Positions 1-6,789 of a DNA stretch of 39,953 bases are shown one piece after another. The translations under genes were made by a program, and so were the position numbers. A model generated the notes under the pieces. The model was not told the origin of the DNA. It was given only the letters and a program-made list of their open reading frames with translations, and searched no databases. The stretch's first letter is position 1, and every line of letters starts with the position of its first letter. Origin of the DNA: a virus; the IMG/VR virus record IMGVR_UViG_3300040801_001099, positions 1-39,953 of that record, one strand, 5' to 3'.

Positions 1-270
1 ATTGGAAACTATGCGTTCAGCAACTGCTCCGGTTTCACCGGAAGTCTGACTATCCCTGATTCCGTCACCACGATTGGAAGCGGTGCGTTCTACAGCTGCT
101 CCGGTTTGACCAATGTAAACTGCTACGTCACCCGCACGATCATGAACGCAACCAACGCCCTCATGAGCACAGGAGTCACCACCCTCCACGCCCGTGCATC
201 CGATGGAACATGGACGGCGGGCCCAGACACCATCGGCGGAAAAGCCCTCACCGTCATCAAAGACCTATGA
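1..270 (+). CDS. Tail fibre / receptor-binding protein, C-terminal end (continuation of 38155..39953 across the circular junction)
   Basis: Frame 1 is open from nt 1 to TGA 268-270. It translates IGNYAFSNCSGFTGSLTIPDSVTT IGSGAFYSCSGLTNVNCYV..., which are BspA-type (LRR_5-like) leucine-rich repeats. It is absent from the ORF track only because it has no start inside the window. Confidence 0.8.
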   Translation: MGNYAFSNCSGFTGSLTIPDSVTTIGSGAFYSCSGLTNVNCYVTRTIMNATNALMSTGVTTLHARASDGTWTAGPDTIGGKALTVIKDL

Positions 271-1064
271 AAACCATCCACTACACATCCGGCCTCCCAC
301 GCGCTTGCAGTACCCTCTTGCAGAACCTGCTCGCCCAGAATCCACGTGTCCATGCTACGGGAACCTCTGGCGTTCACGAAATCATGTATCTCTCCAAGGC
401 GTTCTTCAAGACAGAGGAGTTCCGCACGATCCCCGACCCGAAGCAAGGGGAAGCCCTATACCTCGACTTCATGCGCTCCGGTATCCAGAATGCCTTTAAC
501 GCCGTTACTGACCGCCCTATCGTGGTAGACAAATGCCGCTCTTGGATTGGCAGCGCAAACCTACTGTTCCAACTGTTCCCCAAAGCCAAGCTCCTCGTCC
601 CCGTGCGGGACATTCGCGGCGTGCTCTCCAGCATGGAAAAGAAGTACCAACAGCATCCCGGATTTCAACTCGAATGCTCCCAGCAGGACACCGGAAGGGT
701 TCAGACCATTGAAGGACGTTGCCAGTTCTGGCTAGACAGTGCTCCCGTAGGCATCGCTGTCCAGCGTATCCACGAACTCGCGAAGAACCACCGGGACAAG
801 GTCCTGTTCGTCCACGCGGAAGACCTGACCACTGACCCACAGACCACCATGAACCGCGTCTGGGAATACTTGGGTGAAGAACCGTTTATCCACAATACTC
901 AGAACGTCGAACAGTGCACGCAGGAACACGAACTAGGCTGGCCTTTCGGAGACCACACCATCCGCCCCGAAGTCAAGCCTTTGAAACCCGATTGGCATGA
1001 CACGTTGGGTCGACAGTTGTCAGAGGCTCTCAACCAGAAATTCGGATGGATCAACCAACTTTAA
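267..1064 (+). CDS. Sulfotransferase-family protein (Sulfotransfer_3-like)
   Basis: ATG 267 overlaps the fibre stop (ATGA). SGLPRACSTLLQNLL resembles the PAPS 5'-phosphosulfate-binding loop (GLPRSGST type). VPVRDIRGVLSS resembles the 3'-phosphate-binding RDxxxxxxS motif. The track ORF 210..1064 has an unlikely N-terminal extension. Confidence 0.7.
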   Translation: MKTIHYTSGLPRACSTLLQNLLAQNPRVHATGTSGVHEIMYLSKAFFKTEEFRTIPDPKQGEALYLDFMRSGIQNAFNAVTDRPIVVDKCRSWIGSANLLFQLFPKAKLLVPVRDIRGVLSSMEKKYQQHPGFQLECSQQDTGRVQTIEGRCQFWLDSAPVGIAVQRIHELAKNHRDKVLFVHAEDLTTDPQTTMNRVWEYLGEEPFIHNTQNVEQCTQEHELGWPFGDHTIRPEVKPLKPDWHDTLGRQLSEALNQKFGWINQL

Positions 1065-1080
1065 AATAGGAGAATAACAA

Positions 1081-1518
1081 ATGAAAAAATATGCAATTTT
1101 AGGACCAAGACTTCGAGTATTCAGAGTTATCGAATCAGAGACCGAGCCTCGAAACTCTCAGAGGTTTGAAGAGATCACCGATGAACAGGCACAGACTATT
1201 GCCGATGGGTCGGGAGGTTTCTTCCTCATTGACGGAGCATTGACCCCGGCTCAGGAACACCTTCAGTCACAACGATGGAATGCTGAGACTGAGAGTTGGG
1301 AAGGGGTCTTGTTACCTTTGTGGGACCGCGTGAAAGCAATCACAGACCAATTACCTCCTACCCTCAAAGTACAATTCCCTTTCGAGAAATATGCCTACTG
1401 GAAAGAGCAAGGTGACGTAGATGCTTGTCGGGCAATCATTGCCGGATTCGACACCACTGGATATCCTGTTGAAATCCAACAGGCACAAGAGGCTATTCTT
1501 GCGGAGTTTGATAAGTAA
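1081..1518 (+). CDS. Hypothetical acidic protein
   Basis: 145-aa ORF with AGGAGA ahead of the ATG. It follows the fibre/sulfotransferase genes. No motif recognised. Confidence 0.6.
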   Translation: MKKYAILGPRLRVFRVIESETEPRNSQRFEEITDEQAQTIADGSGGFFLIDGALTPAQEHLQSQRWNAETESWEGVLLPLWDRVKAITDQLPPTLKVQFPFEKYAYWKEQGDVDACRAIIAGFDTTGYPVEIQQAQEAILAEFDK

Positions 1519-1607
1519 CCCTTAACGCATTGACCCCGCAGCAGAAATCCCGCTCACTCGCCTTGAAAGCTAAACTTTACCTGCCACTTATTGAAGGAAT
1601 CTGACCC

Positions 1608-2060
1608 ATGACAGGCATCATTGACACTCCCAACAAACGTACCTCTGACCACAGCGATGCAGATGTGTGGCGGGTAATCGGCGAAACGCAAAAAGACGTT
1701 TCACATCTCGCCACCGAAGTTTCTGGCCTCAAGGTCGGGGTCGATGCGTTGGCTAACGGTCAAACGCAGCTGCTTCAAGAGTTTCGGTCGGCGAATCGTG
1801 CTAAGCCTATGCGATGGGAGGCGATTTTTGGAGCTTTAGGGATCGCCGCTTATATAGGATGGTCTTGGATTGGTCCTATACAAAAGGACGCAGAGGAAAA
1901 CCGTCATGGCATCAAGGAATCTCAGCGGATGATTTACCGTCATGAGATAGAGGACGCTCGGGAGGCTGGGGCAATGGAGGCACGGATGAAACTTTTGGAG
2001 GAGCGGGTTGGTTTGATTGACCTAGAGGGGTCGCGTCGATTGGTGGGAGGAGCACGATGA
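1608..2060 (+). CDS. Membrane protein with one central TM helix and a C-terminal coiled coil (holin/spanin-like candidate)
   Basis: The hydrophobic stretch WEAIFGALGIAAYIGWSWIGPI is followed by a helical EARMKLLEERVGLIDLE segment. The stop overlaps the next start (ATGA). Confidence 0.55.
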   Translation: MTGIIDTPNKRTSDHSDADVWRVIGETQKDVSHLATEVSGLKVGVDALANGQTQLLQEFRSANRAKPMRWEAIFGALGIAAYIGWSWIGPIQKDAEENRHGIKESQRMIYRHEIEDAREAGAMEARMKLLEERVGLIDLEGSRRLVGGAR

Positions 2061-2668
2061 AAACACACCGACATACGTGCACCCACAAATACCTATGGTC
2101 CATCATCCTGCTTGCGGTGCTTGTAACGTCAGGATGCAACTCCATTCCGCAGGAGTTGATCGACCGCATACCGGAGATCATCAACGCACCAGACGCACGG
2201 GAGCCAGTGCAGGAGGTCCGCCCGCCCGTGGACCCGATGTCAGTACCGGAGAGCGGGGAGTTCGCTCCTGACCCTGTAAACGTCCTCTATCAATTCCGCT
2301 TTGACGACGGCACGCAGGTTATATTCCGTGAGGTCCACACCCGCGATCATTGGGGATACTACCCTGAAGCCGGATTCGGTCAAATCATCTGGCCGGACGG
2401 ACGCAAAGAAGCGTTTGATGCAAACCGCAAGATTCGGCATGGCGGGTTGATTGGGAAGAAACTGAAAACTCCTGTCACGACTTTGGACCACGGCAAACGA
2501 ATGTTCTGGATGGCAGATGCGGAGGAACGCAAGGACGTGAAGAAGGTCACGATCTTTGAGGACGGTTGGAACCCGCTCGTTGAGTCTGCTCTCTTGGGGA
2601 CGCAGGAGGACATCGGCGTGACGGCGAATTTGGTAGAGGCGGAAGTCACAGTGGAGAAGCGAAAATGA
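2057..2668 (+). CDS. Lipoprotein, unknown function
   Basis: Signal peptide with lipobox: LWSIILLAVLVTSG-C. Confidence 0.65.
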   Translation: MKTHRHTCTHKYLWSIILLAVLVTSGCNSIPQELIDRIPEIINAPDAREPVQEVRPPVDPMSVPESGEFAPDPVNVLYQFRFDDGTQVIFREVHTRDHWGYYPEAGFGQIIWPDGRKEAFDANRKIRHGGLIGKKLKTPVTTLDHGKRMFWMADAEERKDVKKVTIFEDGWNPLVESALLGTQEDIGVTANLVEAEVTVEKRK

Positions 2669-3114
2669 GATGGCTCTTGCTCTCAACCCTTCTGCTCTCC
2701 GCTTGCCGATCTAATGATTCGGACTTCCGTGTGACGGGTGGCACGCCACAAGAGCGGGCGATGGTTCACGGCGCAATCAATCACATGGTCCCGCTACTCC
2801 AGAGCCGTGGCTTTGATCGTGTCCGAAAGCCAACCGGAACGTACCGCCTGATAATAAATCCAACCACTGAGATATGGCGACTGCCTGACGGTGGCGAGCA
2901 GGGTGTCGGTATGTTGGGCAATCAGAAAGTAGGCGGTGCTGCAAACATTTCAGGAATGATTATTTACAGACCGCTACACCCGTGGATTGCAAATCACGAA
3001 GTGACGCACGGACTGTTGGCACGGGCTGGCTATCGTGCGGAGTCAGATTCGCACGACAATCGGGCGTTTGATGACGGTGGACACTTCCCGCGTGGATCCC
3101 GGAGGGTCAGATGA
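2665..3114 (+). CDS. Lipoprotein with HExxH zinc-peptidase motif
   Basis: MRWLLLSTLLLSA-C lipobox. ANHEVTHGLL contains HExxH. ATGA overlap with the upstream gene. Confidence 0.6.
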   Translation: MRWLLLSTLLLSACRSNDSDFRVTGGTPQERAMVHGAINHMVPLLQSRGFDRVRKPTGTYRLIINPTTEIWRLPDGGEQGVGMLGNQKVGGAANISGMIIYRPLHPWIANHEVTHGLLARAGYRAESDSHDNRAFDDGGHFPRGSRRVR

Positions 3115-3263
3115 ACCCTGCTTTGACTCTCATTCTCAAAGACGTCGGCGAGCAGTTGCTCAAAGCGTCCCGCAAACCGCTGGCTAAATGGATGCGAAAT
3201 CGTGCGAAAAAACTCAAAAGGAAGCGTGATGAAAAAGCTACTGATTCTACTGGTTCTGCTTAA
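3111..3263 (+). CDS. Small basic protein (about 50 aa)
   Basis: Hand-translated as MNPALTLILKDVGEQLLKASRKPLAKWMRNRAKKLKRKRDEKATDSTGSA. ATGA overlap with the upstream stop. Below the track size cut-off. Confidence 0.3.
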   Translation: MNPALTLILKDVGEQLLKASRKPLAKWMRNRAKKLKRKRDEKATDSTGSA

Positions 3264-3354
3264 CGCTGGATGTGTCAATCAACGGATTTGGCTGTTGGAA
3301 AACATTGCCGAAGGATTGGACCCGAAACCGCAGATTGAAAAGGTGGCGGAATGA
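3229..3354 (+). CDS. Mini-lipoprotein (41 aa), o-spanin/Cor-like candidate
   Basis: Hand-translated as MKKLLILLVLLNAG-CVNQRIWLLENIAEGLDPKPQIEKVAE, a textbook lipobox. Its start is embedded in the 3' end of 3111..3263 in another frame. Confidence 0.45.
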   Translation: MKKLLILLVLLNAGCVNQRIWLLENIAEGLDPKPQIEKVAE

Positions 3355-3452
3355 CCGACCGCACCGAGCGACTCCTGAGTCGTCTGATCCTGTGGGGCAT
3401 GTTTATGGTTACGGTCCTGCTGATTGCGGCTATGCTGGGGGTTATCGAATGA
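3351..3452 (+). CDS. Single-TM mini-protein (33 aa)
   Basis: Hand-translated as MTDRTERLLSRLILWGMFMVTVLLIAAMLGVIE. ATGA overlap with the previous stop. Confidence 0.4.
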   Translation: MTDRTERLLSRLILWGMFMVTVLLIAAMLGVIE

Positions 3453-3550
3453 ATGACATTCTCATAGCGATCATCATCGGCATGTTGATTGTCAGCTCCA
3501 CGAGCCAGGCGTTCCTTCTGTGGCTCATTGCACGGGAGTTGCATAAATGA
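3449..3550 (+). CDS. Single-TM mini-protein (33 aa)
   Basis: This is the C-terminal part of track ORF 3272..3550, starting at MNDILIAIIIGMLIVSSTSQAFLLWLIARELHK. It overlaps its neighbours by 4 nt on both sides. Confidence 0.45.
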   Translation: MNDILIAIIIGMLIVSSTSQAFLLWLIARELHK

Positions 3551-3912
3551 TTTCCCGCTTTGACAGGTATCCTGTGGTGGAGGTCTTGCCCGCAAAAACG
3601 GGTGGCAAAATCTACCGACTCAAAGAGCCACTTTCGTATATCACCGACATTCCGACGACGCACATGATAAAAGTGCCGTCTGGTTTTGAGTCAGACGGAG
3701 CGAGCGTTCCACGAGCGTTTTGGAGATTGTTCCCGCCTTCTGGACAGTATACAGCCGCAGCGATTTTGCACGACTGGCTCTGTATCAAAAAGCCTGTCAG
3801 CTCAAAGGATGCGGCGAGAATCTTTTTGGAGGCGATGGAGAATCTGGGCGTACCAAGGCGAGTACGTTATCCAATGTATTGGGCGGTTCGTTTTTTCGGA
3901 CCTAAGTTTTAA
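3547..3912 (+). CDS. DUF1353-family phage protein
   Basis: The motif VPSGFESDGASVPRAFWRLF ... AAILHDWLC matches the GFxTDGASIP / HD signature I associate with DUF1353. Confidence 0.75.
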   Translation: MISRFDRYPVVEVLPAKTGGKIYRLKEPLSYITDIPTTHMIKVPSGFESDGASVPRAFWRLFPPSGQYTAAAILHDWLCIKKPVSSKDAARIFLEAMENLGVPRRVRYPMYWAVRFFGPKF

Positions 3913-4003
3913 TTGCATTTTTTTTGCTTTTTTTATTTTACTGTCTGTCTGTCTTTGTGGTAAGGGACTTTCAGCAGGAGCGAACCAACCTGCGAAAAGG
4001 AGA
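3913..4003 (+). promoter_or_regulatory. T-rich intergenic region, probable boundary between the late operon end and the early operon start
   Basis: Contains T8, T7 and T4 runs and (CTGT)x3 at about 3941-3952. It is one of only a few gaps over 80 nt in the genome. No clean hairpin was identified. Confidence 0.25.
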
Positions 4004-4009
4004 ATGAGA

Positions 4010-4204
4010 ATGAACATATACGACAGCATTACAGTTTACAACCGAGACGAGGTGCGCCAAGCGAGCGACTACATGGACCGCTTGGCAGACGCACACCGCA
4101 AACGTGCATTCTGGCGATTTGTCGGCGGGCTACTTTTCCTAGTGGTTTGGGGGATGTTTTGGGCATTCGTGCTGTGTGGCTGGCTGGATGGGGGTGTGCG
4201 ATGA
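4010..4204 (+). CDS. Small membrane protein
   Basis: AAGGAG lies 7 nt upstream of ATG 4010. MNIYDS... ends in the hydrophobic stretch FVGGLLFLVVWGMFWAFVLCGWL. The long track ORF 3686..4204 overlaps the DUF1353 gene. Confidence 0.5.
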   Translation: MNIYDSITVYNRDEVRQASDYMDRLADAHRKRAFWRFVGGLLFLVVWGMFWAFVLCGWLDGGVR

Positions 4205-4338
4205 ACGAACCAAACGCCGACCTAAAGCGTGAATCGCTTGCTGACGTATACGAGCGGGAAACCGGAGAGGAACCACCGGAGGACTTGACGGCTCTTGAGA
4301 TTGAGACGCATCTGCGTGAAAGCCAGATGGATTTGTAA
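4201..4338 (+). CDS. Small acidic protein (45 aa)
   Basis: ATGA overlap. MNEPNADLKRESLADVYERETGEEPPEDLTALEIETHLRESQMDL. Confidence 0.45.
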   Translation: MNEPNADLKRESLADVYERETGEEPPEDLTALEIETHLRESQMDL

Positions 4339-4357
4339 ACAAACCGAAAGGATAATT

Positions 4358-5533
4358 ATGACAAAAGAAGAGGCTGAATTTTTATTGCCACACGCATCAT
4401 CTGAAAATCAACATATGCTGTTGCAATATATTATAGACAACGATGGTTGCCCTATGCAACATGCGAGCAAGAACATCGGTGTAACTATGAAATCTGGTAA
4501 TCGTTCAATAAACCGAATAAGAGCCAAGCTTGCAAAAAGAGGTATAGATTACGATAAAGGCATGTTAGGTGAATCAGTCCCAGAAGGATTTCAGCTTACA
4601 AAATCCACCGTGCATATCAAAGACGGCTCGCTCATTCAGCGATGGGATAGAGTACAACAAGACAAGGCTGATGCACAGCAAGCATTGATGGACGCAATCT
4701 CTGAGACTTGCAATGAGCTAAAGCAAGCCCCACGGGTTGCGCAACCCAAGAAAGTTACGCCTAACTTACTTAATCTTTATACAATAGCAGACCTGCACAT
4801 TGGATTGTATGCGTGGGCCAGAGAGAGTGGTGAGGACTACACCACGTCTGTCGCCAAAGAAATGTTGTGGCAATGCTTCTCACAGATGATTGACTCAATG
4901 CCTCCATCGGAATCTTGCATCATTGCCAATCTCGGTGACTTCATTCACTATGACGGCTTGCTGTCACAGACTCCGGCGCATCATAATGTGTTGGATAGTG
5001 ACTCTCGCTATCAGAAGCTGGCAGAGGTAGCATTGGACTTGCAGATATGGATGGTGGAGAAGGCACTGAAAAAGCATAAGAACGTCCATCTCGTCAATGT
5101 AGAAGGAAACCACGACGAGGCTGGCACACCGTGGCTCAAAGTGGCGATGTCACGCATCTTTGCTAAAAATCCACGGGTGTCAGTTGACGTGAACCCGGCT
5201 CCGTATCATGCGACGCTTCACGGCGAGACGATGCTTGCATGGCATCACGGACACAAACGCAAGGATAAGTATCTCGGTGCGCTGTTCGCATCTGATCCTA
5301 AGTTTAGAGAGATGTGGGGAATGTCAAAAAGAACATACATACACACAGGACACCTTCACTCACAAAGCGTCCTAGAGTTACCTGGAGCCGTTGTAGAGCG
5401 TCATCCTACACTCGCCGCACGTTCGAGCTACGAAGCCCGTGGCGGATGGCAGAGTCATCGTGGAGCAAAAGCCATTTGCTACGACGACAAAGGCAACGAG
5501 ACCATGCGTGTAACTGTCGTACCGGAGGTTTGA
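4358..5533 (+). CDS. Calcineurin-like metallophosphoesterase with an N-terminal HTH-like domain
   Basis: Ordered motifs ADLHIG (DxH), NLGDFIHYD (GDxxD), VEGNHDE (GNHD/E), WHHGH and HTGHLH (GHxH). The N-terminal roughly 90 aa is helical and basic (INRIRAKLAKRGI). Confidence 0.75.
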   Translation: MTKEEAEFLLPHASSENQHMLLQYIIDNDGCPMQHASKNIGVTMKSGNRSINRIRAKLAKRGIDYDKGMLGESVPEGFQLTKSTVHIKDGSLIQRWDRVQQDKADAQQALMDAISETCNELKQAPRVAQPKKVTPNLLNLYTIADLHIGLYAWARESGEDYTTSVAKEMLWQCFSQMIDSMPPSESCIIANLGDFIHYDGLLSQTPAHHNVLDSDSRYQKLAEVALDLQIWMVEKALKKHKNVHLVNVEGNHDEAGTPWLKVAMSRIFAKNPRVSVDVNPAPYHATLHGETMLAWHHGHKRKDKYLGALFASDPKFREMWGMSKRTYIHTGHLHSQSVLELPGAVVERHPTLAARSSYEARGGWQSHRGAKAICYDDKGNETMRVTVVPEV

Positions 5534-5534
5534 C

Positions 5535-5744
5535 ATGAGCTTGCGATGCGAACAATACCGCTCGCTATACGAGACACGAAACCTGCTCCACGATTTGATT
5601 GTAGGCAAAGTGTCGGTAAAAGAAGCAAAGGATCGGGCGCATTATTGTGCGAGACACTACCCGATGCTTGACGATCACGGCGCACCGATGTTCAGCAAAG
5701 ACGGATTCGAATGCCCTGAGATAAATAAAATAAAACTTTTTTAA
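5535..5744 (+). CDS. Hypothetical protein
   Basis: 69-aa ORF starting 1 nt after the upstream stop. Confidence 0.55.
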   Translation: MSLRCEQYRSLYETRNLLHDLIVGKVSVKEAKDRAHYCARHYPMLDDHGAPMFSKDGFECPEINKIKLF

Positions 5745-5831
5745 AAAAAGGTATTGCAAGTCTCAAAAAACTGAGTAAGGGATTACAACAGATAGCCGGG
5801 ATGGTCTCGGTTGCAAACAAAGGACAAAAAA

Positions 5832-5981
5832 ATGACTATTGACATCGACGGAATCAAAATCAAGGCCGACACAAACGAAGCGTTGGCAATCGCTCACGAC
5901 ATCGACGCACTCGTGAACGAACAGAGTGAGTGGGATTACAGCGACTGTGACGGCATTGATTTCCGCCGTGGACACGAGTGA
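5832..5981 (+). CDS. Small acidic protein (49 aa)
   Basis: Hand-translated as MTIDIDGIKIKADTNEALAIAHDIDALVNEQSEWDYSDCDGIDFRRGHE. AAAGGAC RBS upstream. The antisense track ORF 5763..6032 is rejected. Confidence 0.4.
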   Translation: MTIDIDGIKIKADTNEALAIAHDIDALVNEQSEWDYSDCDGIDFRRGHE

Positions 5982-6001
5982 GCAAAAAACAAAAGGAACC
6001 A

Positions 6002-6178
6002 ATGAACACACAGCAAACAATGGAAAAGCCAAAATACATTGGCTTCAAGATTGACGCAAGCACCTATCGTGCTATTGATGCGTTAGCCAAGAAGCATTTC
6101 AGCAAGCCTGGAGTGATGGCAAAGAAGATTATCGAACAGAAAGTAGAAGAACTAACAAAAGGACAAAACAATGACTAA
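6002..6178 (+). CDS. Ribbon-helix-helix-like small DNA-binding protein
   Basis: KYIGFKIDASTYRAIDALAKKHFSKPGVMAKKIIEQ fits a strand-helix-helix pattern. AAAGGAA RBS before ATG 6002. Confidence 0.5.
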   Translation: MNTQQTMEKPKYIGFKIDASTYRAIDALAKKHFSKPGVMAKKIIEQKVEELTKGQNND

Positions 6179-6452
6179 TAAAGAGAAACTCATCGCACTG
6201 GCGATTCATGCTAGTGACGAACAAGTAGAGAGTGCTATCCGTGCTCTCAAGGGTGATAGCAAACCTAAATTGGCTGATAACAACGGGCCTAAATTGATTG
6301 GCATGGGTAAGGCCGCAGAATACCTTGGAGTGTCTCGGCCTACTCTTTGGCGGATGTGCAATCGTGGAGTGTTTGAGAAGGTCGAAATCTTGCCCGGATC
6401 TCACCGCTTGCGGGTTAGCGATCTTGATAAATTCGTCGATGCGGGGTGGTAA
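6171..6452 (+). CDS. AlpA/excisionase-family helix-turn-helix protein
   Basis: LIGMGKAAEYLGVSRPTLWRMCNRGVFEKV...RVSDLDKFV is typical of the HTH_17/MerR-like excisionase fold. Confidence 0.7.
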   Translation: MTNKEKLIALAIHASDEQVESAIRALKGDSKPKLADNNGPKLIGMGKAAEYLGVSRPTLWRMCNRGVFEKVEILPGSHRLRVSDLDKFVDAGW

Positions 6453-6453
6453 A

Positions 6454-6789
6454 ATGAAAAGAATAAAACTTCCACCAACTCCCGAAACCTACATGGCTAT
6501 ATGCAAAACTCAACTCAAGAGAGCTTTCTGGGGTGAGTACAGAGATATAGAACCAGTATGGGTAACAAATGTTCTTAAGAGTACCTTCTGTGATGATCTC
6601 GAAAGTTTAATTGACGTAACTATTGACGAGCTTGAGGACTCTGGCTTTTTGCAGTGGACTGAGTGTGGCAATATGTATAACATCACAGAGCCACTTAGCA
6701 TTGACAGCGAACTTAAATGCCTATTGGCCGGATATAAGGAATTGAAAAAATCACAACCAACAACCAAAGGACAAAACAATGACGTTTGA
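6454..6789 (+). CDS. Hypothetical protein
   Basis: Internal ATG of track ORF 6298..6789, 2 nt after the upstream stop. MKRIKLPPTPETYMAICK... Confidence 0.6.
   Translation: MKRIKLPPTPETYMAICKTQLKRAFWGEYRDIEPVWVTNVLKSTFCDDLESLIDVTIDELEDSGFLQWTECGNMYNITEPLSIDSELKCLLAGYKELKKSQPTTKGQNNDV

Noticed and set aside
1-56. The 56-nt end identity as a biological direct terminal repeat of the virion DNA
   Set aside because: It falls inside a coding tandem repeat and joins an ORF in frame. It is far more consistent with an assembler closing a circular or permuted molecule. The true termini need read-start analysis.
210-266. N-terminal extension of the sulfotransferase ORF (track start 210), and likewise the extension of 26333..27577 into the portal gene
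   Set aside because: The extensions overlap the upstream coding sequences by 60-120 nt. The internal ATGs (267 and 26447) give the start-stop overlaps typical of this genome.
3686-4204. Long track ORFs 3686..4204 (172 aa) and 3272..3550 (92 aa)
   Set aside because: Their 5' portions overlap better-supported genes (DUF1353 and the micro-ORF chain) out of frame and read as low-complexity. Internal starts with RBSs (4010 and 3449) give sensible small membrane proteins.
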